A stretch of DNA of 64,000 nt from a virus (taxonomy: Duplodnaviria > Caudoviricetes), in IMG/VR virus record IMGVR_UViG_3300046170_000302, one strand, 5' to 3'. The notes beneath the pieces were generated by a model. The model did not search any database. It saw only the letters and a list, made by a program, of their open reading frames with translations, and was not told the DNA's origin. Position numbers and translations under genes: made by a program. Shown here in pieces: positions 19,579 to 30,300 of the stretch (positions are counted from its first letter, which is position 1; every line of letters begins with the position of its first letter).

Positions 19579-22317
19579 ATGATTGACGAAACTTTATTTA
19601 AAAAACATTTCGTAGGTAGAGATGGTTTCCAATGGTGGATCGGACAGATCCCACCTGAGGAATCATGGCGAGAAAATATACCTGGAACACAACAAGATAA
19701 CAATCGGGAAACAAAAGGTTTTGGTGAGAGATACCGTGTTCGTATCATGGGATATCATACTGCCAACGCAGATGATATTCCTGATGATGAACTGCCATGG
19801 GCATATGTGATGTATCCTGTCACCGCAGGTGGTGGTGGTAGAGGTTCATCTCAGAGTGCAAACCTGACACAAGGAACATTTGTGTTCGGTTGGTTCATGG
19901 ATGGTGATGATGCACAAATTCCTATTATCATGGGTATCTTAGGATACAATGATTATAATGCGGTGATGAAGAACATTAGTCCAACTAGGTTTCTTCCTTT
20001 TGATGGATATCCAGCACAAGATCCGGTGTTTGGTTCAAAGAGATCTACACTTCAAGTAAGAGAGAATGGTGGTGATGAAATATTATCACAAGAAAATGCT
20101 ACTGGAAATCTTGTTAATGACCAGATAACAAGTAGTGTCAATGGTAATAATGTTACTAAAGTTAAGTCAGATCCAAAACCAGATCCACCAGTTTCTCTTG
20201 CTTTTCCTGAAGATTGTGAACCAATACCAGCACACAGTATTTCAGTTGAAATTAAGAATGCGTTGAATGAGGTTCAAAAGATTAACCAAATGATATATGA
20301 TGCTAGAGCAGCTTTAACAGCTGGTCTTGCGGATGCTCAAGAGTATATTCAAAAGTTAACTAAGAAATTGACTGATAAGATTTCTGGGTTCATGAAGACA
20401 ATCATTAATAGAATACAAAAAGAATTAATGCATCTAAGGAATTTTGCCGAAAGAGAATTATTTGCGATTTTTCCACCGGACGTGAAAGATTTTTTCAAAG
20501 AAACTGTAACTAAAATAATGGACGTGATGGCTTGCGCTGGTATAACTAGTGCATCACTATTGCCTAGTCAGATTTCTGGATTACTTGGTAATATGTTCGG
20601 AGTACTTTCAGGAGATAGTATTGATCTTTCAATTACAGTTCCAACTAAACTTGTAAATGTTCCTTCTTGTTTTATAGAAGATTTTGTCTCTACAGTCATA
20701 GGAAATGTTGTTGGTAACATTATTAGTGCTGTTGATGGTCTATTATCTGATGTGAGTGGTGTTGTTAGTAGTATTGGAGGGCTTCTTGATGAAGCCGGTG
20801 GTGTTGTAATGGATGTTATTGCATTGCTACAGTGTTTGAAAAGACCCAAATGTGCTACAGTTAAAGAATGGAGTATGAGTTCTGGTGCTAGCAATGGTGG
20901 TTCTTTTGATATTGATCGTATCATCAGTAGGGCTGAAAGTGTAACTAGTTCAGTCACTCAACTTGGAAGTTCATTTGATGATATTGATTTCTCTGGTATA
21001 TTTGATGGTGCTTCATGTGATGTTGGACCAAGGAGTTGTGGTCCTCCGACAATTCAGGTTGTAGGCCCTGGAAGTGGTGCAAAAATCAATCTAATTGTGT
21101 CTGGTGGTGGTGAAATCATGGGCGCAGATATCGTCAGTTCTGGTTATGGTTTTGATAGTGATAGTTCCTCTCTCAATGTATATGATGATTGTGGATTAGG
21201 ACAAGGTGGTGTTATTGAACCAATATTTGGTCCTGTTGTTTCAAACTACAATATTCTTGGTGGTGATCTTCCTGATGATATCATTGTGAGACCTGAATAT
21301 GGCACTGTACCTGTTCCTGAAGGTTTTGATAGTTCATTCTCCGCTAACTTTACTGGTGATCTCGTTGCTGGTTCAAATGTAATTAAGAATGTACAACCTA
21401 AATCTGTTCTTGAAAGTTTAGTACCAGGAATGATTATAAAATTGACTGGTAATGCAGGAAGTGTTGAACTACCTGGCACTGCTACAATTACTGCTTTTGG
21501 ATCTATTATTTTAGATAGAACATTTGCGGGAACTGGTGAAGCTCTTGGTGCTTCCCTTAATGCTAGTGGTACATCGACACAAACTGGTATTATAGGTGTA
21601 ACCGTCATCAATCCTGGTTATGGTTATCTTTCATCACCAAATGGCGCGACAGGGGGCGATGGTCAAGTATGGGCAGAAACGGATGAAACTATTATAATAG
21701 GTGATGGTAGGTTTGTTCCCTCTAATGGTGGAATTATACCTGGTGAAGATGGATTTGGTACTGATTATTATCCACCAATCCCACCAGGAAATACTGTAAA
21801 CATTCCACCAGGATCAACAGTAACCACACCATCTAATTCAAATCTGTCTGAAGGTTTTGATCCTGATGGAAACACAACTGAAATACTACCTGGCACTCCT
21901 ACTCTTTTCCCTAATGGTGGTAGTATGACTTCACCAACAATTATGGAGGGTGTTAAATTTGTTGATAAGTATCCATCAACTTCTTCTTATCCGGTCATAT
22001 TGTATCTTTGTGAGTTGATTGTTGACGAATCTGGTGTGGATTATCAACCAACAGATAAAGTTGTCATCAAACCTGATATGGGAGCCACGGCTGTACCTAA
22101 GTTTGATAGGTTTGGTAGATTACTTTCTATTAAAGTAACTGCTGGTGGTGAAGGTTTCCAAGAAATGCCTCAATGTTACATTGAATCAGATAGTGGATTT
22201 GGTTCATTCATTGTTCCCAAGTTCTGTATAGATAGAGTGGGTGAAAATGATCTCGAAAGAGAACCAGATTTACAGGACAAAGTTATTTCTGTTATCGATT
22301 GTGTAGGTAGTGTCTAA
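19579..22317 (+). CDS. 5: Baseplate central spike protein gp5, N-terminal part
   Basis: FVGRDGFQWWIGQ, RYRVRIMGYH, LPWA, GTFVFGWFMDGDDAQIPIIMG (gp5 OB-fold). Confidence 0.8.
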   Translation: MIDETLFKKHFVGRDGFQWWIGQIPPEESWRENIPGTQQDNNRETKGFGERYRVRIMGYHTANADDIPDDELPWAYVMYPVTAGGGGRGSSQSANLTQGTFVFGWFMDGDDAQIPIIMGILGYNDYNAVMKNISPTRFLPFDGYPAQDPVFGSKRSTLQVRENGGDEILSQENATGNLVNDQITSSVNGNNVTKVKSDPKPDPPVSLAFPEDCEPIPAHSISVEIKNALNEVQKINQMIYDARAALTAGLADAQEYIQKLTKKLTDKISGFMKTIINRIQKELMHLRNFAERELFAIFPPDVKDFFKETVTKIMDVMACAGITSASLLPSQISGLLGNMFGVLSGDSIDLSITVPTKLVNVPSCFIEDFVSTVIGNVVGNIISAVDGLLSDVSGVVSSIGGLLDEAGGVVMDVIALLQCLKRPKCATVKEWSMSSGASNGGSFDIDRIISRAESVTSSVTQLGSSFDDIDFSGIFDGASCDVGPRSCGPPTIQVVGPGSGAKINLIVSGGGEIMGADIVSSGYGFDSDSSSLNVYDDCGLGQGGVIEPIFGPVVSNYNILGGDLPDDIIVRPEYGTVPVPEGFDSSFSANFTGDLVAGSNVIKNVQPKSVLESLVPGMIIKLTGNAGSVELPGTATITAFGSIILDRTFAGTGEALGASLNASGTSTQTGIIGVTVINPGYGYLSSPNGATGGDGQVWAETDETIIIGDGRFVPSNGGIIPGEDGFGTDYYPPIPPGNTVNIPPGSTVTTPSNSNLSEGFDPDGNTTEILPGTPTLFPNGGSMTSPTIMEGVKFVDKYPSTSSYPVILYLCELIVDESGVDYQPTDKVVIKPDMGATAVPKFDRFGRLLSIKVTAGGEGFQEMPQCYIESDSGFGSFIVPKFCIDRVGENDLEREPDLQDKVISVIDCVGSV

Positions 22318-22994
22318 TGTCGCAAAATGTAAACTATCATAAAATTAGATACGGAACCGCTGAGGGTGAGATCAAGTTTGGACATGTCCATACTGATAAT
22401 GTAAGATCTGCAGTGATGTTAAGGAGTGGATACACTTACGAACATTACATGACCATGGATGGTCCTGGTGGAAAGAAGTTTAGAAAACATAGTACAAATT
22501 TTAGAGGGCCAGGATCCTTTCAAGTTAAACATGGTAAAGGTGTCCCTGATAATGAGCCAGGTATCTTTTTAGATGCAGAGAGTGGTGATGTTGTAATCAG
22601 AGCATCCAATGGTCGTATTAGACTTGAGGCTCTTGATATTGACATTATTGCCACTGGTGGAAATGATGAAAAACTCCCAAGAGGAAACATTCAAATTAGT
22701 GCTACTGATAAAGTTATTACAACTGGTAATATTATTGATTGTAAAGCAGTGGTCGCGGCTAAGTTTTTCTCAAATAAAAGTGTTGAAGTTTGTGGAGAGG
22801 GTGTATTAAACATGTATGGTGGTCTCACTGAGTGGTGTGATGGTTCTACTGCTGTTGTAGGTTCTAAGACAGCTGCAAGTCAAATACCTGTTGTTGGTGC
22901 TTTTTTTGACATAATTGGAACAGGTTGGGAACAAAAAATGAAATTTGGATATGCTACTAATGGTGCTTCGCTCTTTGGATTATTTGGTAAATGA
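22317..22994 (+). CDS. gp5 C-terminal/spike-like protein
   Basis: Short beta-strand repeats (IFLDAESGDVVIRASNGRIRLEALDIDI); TAATG-coupled to gp5. Confidence 0.45.
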   Translation: MSQNVNYHKIRYGTAEGEIKFGHVHTDNVRSAVMLRSGYTYEHYMTMDGPGGKKFRKHSTNFRGPGSFQVKHGKGVPDNEPGIFLDAESGDVVIRASNGRIRLEALDIDIIATGGNDEKLPRGNIQISATDKVITTGNIIDCKAVVAAKFFSNKSVEVCGEGVLNMYGGLTEWCDGSTAVVGSKTAASQIPVVGAFFDIIGTGWEQKMKFGYATNGASLFGLFGK

Positions 22995-23317
22995 AAATTA
23001 ATCACCCCGTAGAAGAAGGAAAGAGTTTAGTCTATGGTTCACTAGATGGACCTGAGAACTCTGTATATTGCAGAGGAAGACTGAAAGGTGGTAAGAAGGT
23101 TATCAACCTACCTATTGAGTGGGTTGAACTTGTGAGACCTGGTTCAGTCACAGTTAGTATTACACCTGTTGGTGCCTTTCAAGATATCATTGTGAAGGGT
23201 GTGAGTGACAATCAAGTGAAACTAGAGGCTAGACCTGGTGTTCCTATTGATTGTCATTACTTTATTATTGGCGAAAGACAAGATGTTCCTAGATTGGAGG
23301 TAATACAAGATGCCTAA
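22991..23317 (+). CDS. Small baseplate-region protein (LDGPENSVYCRG domain)
   Basis: 108-aa ORF sharing a domain with the C-terminus of the next gene. Confidence 0.55.
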   Translation: MKINHPVEEGKSLVYGSLDGPENSVYCRGRLKGGKKVINLPIEWVELVRPGSVTVSITPVGAFQDIIVKGVSDNQVKLEARPGVPIDCHYFIIGERQDVPRLEVIQDA

Positions 23318-24289
23318 TGTACCTGATTTTGGTGTAAAAAAACAATTAACAGTTGGTATATCAGTTCCTCAAGCTCTCAATTTAGTTGGGATAAAGGGCA
23401 ATATCAGAGGTAGTGCCTTCATTGAAGGACCCCTAGATGTTGGTACTCCTGTCTTTGCTCCTGGTGAGAGTAATGTGTGTATCAGTAGATGTATCAATCC
23501 TGATGCTACTCCACTACCACTCTCATTGGTCAAAATAAGAAACGCTCCACTAGTTCCAGCACTACCAACTGATGTGATCATTGGTGATCTTGCTGGTCCT
23601 GTTGGTGTGACTGTATTCTGTGGTCCTTCATTCTTTACAGTTCAAGCAACAGCAATAACTTTGTTGAAGTATTGTATTCCAATATTGCTGTTCTTCATGA
23701 TGAAGTTTCTGCAATGTATACAGATATTTCAGCTAAAGTATTTACCGGTTTTAAGAGTGAACTTGGTCTTGATATTAACTTTTCCTTTGCAAAGAAATGC
23801 AGCACCTGTTATAAGTCCTGAAACAGTCGAAACTTTTTCGGACTATGTTTCTCCCTATGGAACGACACTGTTGACTACTTGGGCAACAGCACTTAGTAAG
23901 AAGGGATTTGATATTCCACACCCAACCTAAGGAAAATCATAGACTAAGACACTATTTGTCTTGAAGGTCCAGACGCTGAGGTATTCTATCGTGGTAGAAT
24001 GGAGAATACTACAACCATTAACCTACCAGATTACTGGAGAGAGTTAGTTGATCCTGACAGTATTGGTGTCCATCTTACACCCATGGGTTCTTATCAAGAA
24101 TTGTTTGTTGAGAAGATTGAATGGGGAACTAAAGTGACTGTGAAGAATGCATCAGGTGGTCCTATCAAGTGTAGTTATGTGGTATTTGGTGTGAGAACTG
24201 ATGGTGAAAAGAATATCCCTGAGTATGAAGGCTTAACAACTAATGACTATCCAGGTGATAATAGTGAGTATAGATTGAATGATAATTGA
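23310..24289 (+). CDS. Baseplate-region virion protein with several frameshifts
   Basis: ORF pieces 23310..23930 and 23999..24289 linked by KGFDIPHPT / CLEGPDAEVFYRGRMEN. Confidence 0.5.
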
Positions 24290-24960
24290 TGAGTAAAGTT
24301 CATGAGATATTTCCTCTGGTTGTTTATCAGGGGAATATTGATTGTCATAGCGAGTTCAAACAATATACTGATGAACTGAAACAATATTGGTTCAATGGTT
24401 ATGAGAATGAAAGTCCTGAATACTCAGGTCGCATCTTCTTACATACAGAAGAAAAGTATGAACCTTTCTTTGATGATCTGAAAAAAAATATTGATGATTA
24501 CATGACTCACTTGAATGTGGATCATGAGAAGTTGAGTTACTTTGTATCCAAATCATGGGTTGGATATCACAATAAAGAAGTGCCTGTTTTGAATGTTCAT
24601 AGTCACAATGAGGCAAATATAAGTTTTGTTTACTACCTCAAGTCATGTGACAATTCAGACAAATTCTGTGTGTCACAATCTAAAAATGTAAATGAGAATA
24701 CTGGTGGATTATTTGAGACTAGTAAACAAAGAAATACAATCAAAGGATTTAACAAATACAACTGTAACAACTATACTATTACACCACATGAAGGCAGTGT
24801 TCTCATCTTTCCAAGTGATGTTCTTCACTCTACTCTGAAGGTGTCAGACCAAGAGAATGAAAGAATTGTAATTGCTGGTGATGTAAGAGTGACTTTGAAA
24901 CCAGAGTATCAAAATTATCATCAAGGGTGCACTCATCCCACAAAGTGGTTAGAACTGTAA
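24289..24960 (+). CDS. 2OG-Fe(II) oxygenase (TIGR02466-like)
   Basis: HSHNEANISFVYYL, PHEGSVLIFPSDVLH, RIVIAGD. Confidence 0.75.
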   Translation: MSKVHEIFPLVVYQGNIDCHSEFKQYTDELKQYWFNGYENESPEYSGRIFLHTEEKYEPFFDDLKKNIDDYMTHLNVDHEKLSYFVSKSWVGYHNKEVPVLNVHSHNEANISFVYYLKSCDNSDKFCVSQSKNVNENTGGLFETSKQRNTIKGFNKYNCNNYTITPHEGSVLIFPSDVLHSTLKVSDQENERIVIAGDVRVTLKPEYQNYHQGCTHPTKWLEL

Positions 24961-24981
24961 ATAAATAACTAAAAACTCATA

Positions 24982-26520
24982 ATGGCTGAATTATATACAG
25001 ATCAAATGTCCAGTGGTGTTTCTGGTATCAGTACAACTGCTAGAAATACTGTTGAGCAGGCAAAATTGAAGATTACTTTAAGTGATAATGAAAAGATTCC
25101 ATACGATGAAGCTATCAAGAATGTAGATAGGAACCTGCAAAATATTATTGTTGAAACAAACAATACTCTTGAGAAAGTAAGAGATGAATATCAGAAGAGG
25201 ATTGATGTTCAGAATTGTAGAAGTGATCTCTTCTGGAGAGTAACTGGTATCAATACTGCTGCAGTTACTAGTGGTCCTGGAGCAGGTGGTATCAGAAATG
25301 ATGTTATTTGTACCTGTACTAAACTATCTCCAACTTATCCTAAACTTGAAAATACTGGCACTGGAACTTCCGCTATTGGATTCTCTACAGGGTCAATGAT
25401 GTGGTATACAGGACCAGTTGGTGGTGGAGGTACTGGTCCAGGAATTACTACAGTTGCTATGGGTGGTGATGAAACACTAGTCAGTGCTGGTTCTGCATTT
25501 GATACTTATCTACAACCCGACAACCTCCATGGTCTTCTATTGTATAATGAGCCATATGTTAGAGATATCGGTGATTTATTCGTAGCTACTGGTATTGGAA
25601 CTATTTCTGCAGGGTTTAATACAATCACATTATTAACACCTAATCTTAATCTTGGAATTAAACCTGGCATGGTTGTAACACCAAGCAGATTTGGTATTTT
25701 TGCAGAAGCTGGTAATGTTGTTGTTGGTGTCAGCTCTACTACCATGGATCTTAGTCCTTATAGTGATGTTCTCAATATAGGATCCGCATCAACAGTTTCT
25801 GTTCCATTAATCACACTACAAGATCCGTCTGTTTCTGCTGTAACTGCACCAGGCAGTGATGGTAAGTATACATATTTTGATTTTAGTAAAGATCCAAACT
25901 TAATTAGTGACGAAGTGGCAGTTGAAATAACTGATAATGCTTATGTTCCTCAGGTGATCAGTTTAATTTCTTCTAGTAATAATTTTGGCAAAGGTGTTGA
26001 AATTGAGTATATCAATAATGGAGCAAGTTCATCTCCTCAAGAGTGGAACAAGTTTATGGAGGGTGTAACAGATCCTGATCTATTGCCTGATGAAGATGTA
26101 AAAATTACTAAACCAGTAGTTGGTGCTGATAAGATCTATTATGCAGTTGGATTTGATCAGAAACCAATTCTACTTGGTGGTGGTAATGCATCAGAAGGTG
26201 ATGTAAGAACATTTCAAGGAACAACTGGATTTGCTCAACAAGCATACGCATCTCTATCAGGTTGTAATGATAGTGATCTGAATGCCGCTATTAGTGCTAG
26301 AGATGATGCAGAAGCTGCATTATTAGGTAGTAACTCATTTCCTGAGAAAATATCATTAGTTAATTCCATCAGGTCAAAGAGAAATGACATCTATATTACA
26401 ATCTGGGCATATAGAACACATATTGGTAACTCAGAAAATGAATTCACTGCAAACAATAGTTTTATGAACGAAATTAATAGCTCCCCATATAAAAATTTGA
26501 TAAACACAGGGACCGAATAG
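24982..26520 (+). CDS. Virion structural protein, function unknown
   Basis: 512-aa ORF after TAAATAACTAAAAA; Gly/Thr-rich with GIGT motifs. Confidence 0.6.
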   Translation: MAELYTDQMSSGVSGISTTARNTVEQAKLKITLSDNEKIPYDEAIKNVDRNLQNIIVETNNTLEKVRDEYQKRIDVQNCRSDLFWRVTGINTAAVTSGPGAGGIRNDVICTCTKLSPTYPKLENTGTGTSAIGFSTGSMMWYTGPVGGGGTGPGITTVAMGGDETLVSAGSAFDTYLQPDNLHGLLLYNEPYVRDIGDLFVATGIGTISAGFNTITLLTPNLNLGIKPGMVVTPSRFGIFAEAGNVVVGVSSTTMDLSPYSDVLNIGSASTVSVPLITLQDPSVSAVTAPGSDGKYTYFDFSKDPNLISDEVAVEITDNAYVPQVISLISSSNNFGKGVEIEYINNGASSSPQEWNKFMEGVTDPDLLPDEDVKITKPVVGADKIYYAVGFDQKPILLGGGNASEGDVRTFQGTTGFAQQAYASLSGCNDSDLNAAISARDDAEAALLGSNSFPEKISLVNSIRSKRNDIYITIWAYRTHIGNSENEFTANNSFMNEINSSPYKNLINTGTE

Positions 26521-26523
26521 GAA

Positions 26524-26566
26524 ACTGTCACAAGACCCTTCCACAGGGGGTCGAGTGTGTTATAAT
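26524..26566 (+). promoter_or_regulatory. Early-type promoter without a -35 box
   Basis: ACTGTCACA 26524-32, inverted repeat GACCC/GGGTC 26534-52, extended TGnTATAAT 26558-66. Confidence 0.5.
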
Positions 26567-26588
26567 ATACAGGTATCAAAAGAACTCT

Positions 26589-26840
26589 ATGACGGACTAC
26601 AACCCAGAAGATTTTGAACTCGAAAACGAAGACGATGAGTATCTAACAGATGTCATGGTGAACGTTGGTGCAAGAACCTTTGTCATGTTCTCTAATGAAG
26701 GAACAGAACGTAAGGTAGAGTGTGATACGGTTGATGAGTTTATGGAAGTCCTGGAGATGGTCAGGGCTCTTGTTGATGATGAGATTGTTAGATACATATC
26801 ACCAGTAGTATCAGAACCCACAGGGAAATTCGACTTTTAG
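26589..26840 (+). CDS. Acidic hypothetical protein
   Basis: 83-aa ORF immediately after the promoter. Confidence 0.65.
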   Translation: MTDYNPEDFELENEDDEYLTDVMVNVGARTFVMFSNEGTERKVECDTVDEFMEVLEMVRALVDDEIVRYISPVVSEPTGKFDF

Positions 26841-26898
26841 TTTCAAAAAAGTCGAATAAAAAATCCCTGGTATTTTTTGACCCCTTTACTTTTTTTAA

Positions 26899-27078
26899 AT
26901 GAGAAAAGCAACTAGAGAAGCCATGGAAAATCTTTTCATCGCAAGGTGGAATGTTCCTAAAGCTGCCAAACATTGTGGTTTGACAGTAAAAGAACTTAAG
27001 ATCTGTTTCCATAACTACGTCGAAACTCATGATGTGACATACATAGAGGAAACTAATACCCAGTTACATCTTTTCTAA
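26899..27078 (+). CDS. Small hypothetical protein, possibly HTH-like
   Basis: MRKATREAMENLFIARWNVPKAAKHCGLTVKELKICF, read directly. Confidence 0.55.
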   Translation: MRKATREAMENLFIARWNVPKAAKHCGLTVKELKICFHNYVETHDVTYIEETNTQLHLF

Positions 27079-27243
27079 TGGTAGTAAATTTATGGTTTTC
27101 GAAAGGACTTAGAAATATGGAGATGGACACTTACCTCTAATGAAGACAGTTATCTTCAGGAGAGTGGTAGTCAGAGAGATTTGAGAGATGCTATGGACGA
27201 TATTGCTAACACAATTGAATACCTTCTAAATAATGAAGTGTGA
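27078..27243 (+). CDS. Small hypothetical protein, frameshifted near 27105
   Basis: TAATG overlap; removing one A gives MVVNLWFSKDLEIWRWTL...DAMDDIANTIEYLLNNEV. Confidence 0.45.
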
Positions 27244-27267
27244 AGGAAGTGCCACTCTGTGGTAATC

Positions 27268-27293
27268 AAAACCACCTTATAGGTGGTTTCTTT
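27268..27293 (+). terminator. Rho-independent terminator
   Basis: AAACCACC-TTATA-GGTGGTTT followed by CTTT. Confidence 0.65.
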
Positions 27294-27336
27294 ATGCATA
27301 CTAAATAAGGTTAATAGAAGTAATTGTGCGAGTAAG

Positions 27337-30300
27337 ATGCCACTCAGTCGCTTAGATAATTTCCTAAAGAACGTTCGTGGTAACATTCTTTATGTAAACC
27401 CAAATGACCTGGATGCCACTGATAGTATTGAGAATCAGGGCAACTCGATGGGTCGCCCGTTCCTTACAATTCAGAGAGCACTTGTAGAAGCAGCTAGATT
27501 CTCATATCAGGTTGGATTAGACAATGATCGTTTTGCAAAGACGACGATCATGTTGTATCCTGCAGAACACGTTATTGATAACAGACCAGGATGGATTCCT
27601 GATGGCACAAATAACTATCAGTTGAGGGATGGCACTACCTCTTCTGATTTTTCACCTTTTAACTCCACATCAAACTTTGATCTTACTACCACTGATAATG
27701 CACTTTACAAACTGAACTCTATTCATGGTGGTGTCATTGTTCCCCGTGGTGTTTCGATTGTTGGACAAGATCTGAGAAAGACAAAGATTCGTCCTCTATA
27801 TGTTCCCAACCCTGAGAACGATAGTATTGAAAGAACTTCTCTATTCAGACTGACAGGTGGTTGTTACCTGTGGCAGTTCTCGATGTTTGATGCTGATCCA
27901 AATGGATTAGCATATAAGGACTATACAACTGCTCAGTTTGTTCCTAACTTCTCACACCACAAACTCACTTGTTTTGAGTATGCTGATGGTGCAAATGGTG
28001 TCAATATTGCTGATAACTTTGTAACCTACTCATCTGCCAGAACTGATCTGGATATGTATTATGAGAAGGTTGGTTTGGCCTATGGTTCTGCATCTGGTAG
28101 AGCAATCGAACCTGATTATCCTTCAGGAACACTTGATATTCAAACCAAGGTTGATGAATTCCGTATTGTCGGACCAACTGGTGGTGAAGTTGGTATTACA
28201 AGTATCAAGGCTGGTGATGGTTCTACATCTACTGCTATTGTTACTGCAACAATGTCGTCTGGTGTTGCTGGTTTGGATGTAGATACTACATTCATTGTAA
28301 ATGGTGTTGCAGATAGTGATTATAATGGTAGTTATTCTGTTCAGGAAGTTCTGACTAGTAATTCTGATGGTGAAACACTATCATTTCACTTACCAAATTC
28401 CTGATATTCCTGTCGATGCACTTCCTGCTGTGACTGGTGCGACTGTATCTCTCGATACTGATACAGTTACCTCTGCATCTCCATACATCTTCAATATCTC
28501 ACTGAGATCAGTGTATGGTATGTGTGGTATGCACGCTGATGGATCAAAAGCCACTGGATTTAAATCCATGGTTGTTGCTCAATTCACTGGTGTATCTCTC
28601 CAGAAGGATGACAATGCATTCCTGAAGTTCAACCAAAGCACAGGTGGATTTGATGATTCCACCACTGTAGATAACCTCCATAGTGATCCTAACGCTATCT
28701 ACAAGCCTTCATATTATAACTTCCATATGAAGACATCGAACAACTCTGTAACTCAGCAAGTTTCGATCTTCGCTATTGGTTTTGCACAACAGTTCATCAA
28801 CGAATCTGGTGGTGATACCAGTATTACGAACTCCAACTCTAACTTTGGTCAGAACTCACTGATTTCGAAAGGATTTAGAGAAGAAGCATTTACAAGAGAC
28901 GATGTTGGTTATATTTCACACATTATTCCACCAAGGGAGAGTGTAACACAGAATGTCAATCTAGAATTTAATTCTATTGATGTAGCAAAGACTGTTGGTG
29001 TTGCATCCACTGGTCATCTTTATCTGTATCAGGAGACAAACGAGTCTTCTATTCCTGAAACTGTTATTCAGGGATACAGAGTTGGAGCTAAGGTGAATGA
29101 TAAGTTGAATGTTATCATCTCACAAGGTGGAACTCCAACTAACTACTTTGCTCGTATCGTGATGCCTGATACAGACAAGAGTTCTGTAAAGGCATACAAT
29201 ATTGGTAGAAATGTAGGAACAGGTAATAGTATTGCATCTTCTACTATCACCTTCACTGAGAATCATGGATTTATTAATGGTGAAAGTGTTAGAATTCTGA
29301 GTGATAATGCTAGACTACCTGATGGTCTGGACAACAATAGACTATATTTCGCTATTACTGATGGTGTTGCTGCTAACCAGATTCAACTGGCAACCACACT
29401 CAATGATTCTCTAGATGGTTCAGAAACCAGTTTCAACAACGCTGGTGGTAACCTGGTAATTGAATCGAGAGTTTCTGATAAGATCGCTGGTGATATTGGA
29501 CACCCTGTTCAGTATGACAACACTCAGAATCAGTGGTTTGTTAATGTATCTACTACCACCACAGAGAATACCATCTATGGAACAGTAGCTTCTCTTGGTG
29601 TGGCTGGTCTTGGAGATGCAACACCAAGAACATTCATCACTAGAAAACCTGATACCAGAAAGAATAACGAGAAGATTTATACATTCAGATATGTAGTTCC
29701 TGCTGGTAGTGGTATTACCTCTGCTCGTGCTCCTAGAGTCAATTATGTTCTTCAGGAATCAAACAAAGTAACTGGTGACAGTAATGTTGAGGTTGCACTT
29801 CAGTATAACCCAAGTTTGGTCACCATGACCAACGAAACTGAGATGAGAAACTTCAGTTTCTTGAGAGAGGCTAATTGGTCTGGTGGTACTTCATACTTCA
29901 CTTCTGAACAACCACATGGTTTGATTGAAGGAACACAAATTAGAATCAAGAATGTCCAGTCTGGTAATAATACAACTGGTGTTCGCTAACTCAGCATTCA
30001 ATAATAAATTCACAGTTTCTGGTATCTCAAGTGCTAACACCTTCTTTGTAAGTGGTCCTGTAGCTGATCCTGGTTCATTCCAGAACAATACATCACTGAG
30101 AACCACATCTCTACCTACATTCCAGAGAACACAATCCAAGGATACTTTCTTCATCTATGATGTTAATACTCTAAGAGAGTATGTGACTGGAGAACAAGAT
30201 GGTATCTACTACTTGACTGTTATTGATTCTTCTAACACTCCTGTTGTATCACCATTCAATGATAAGGAACAATTCTCATTCCCATCACCTATCAGAGATC

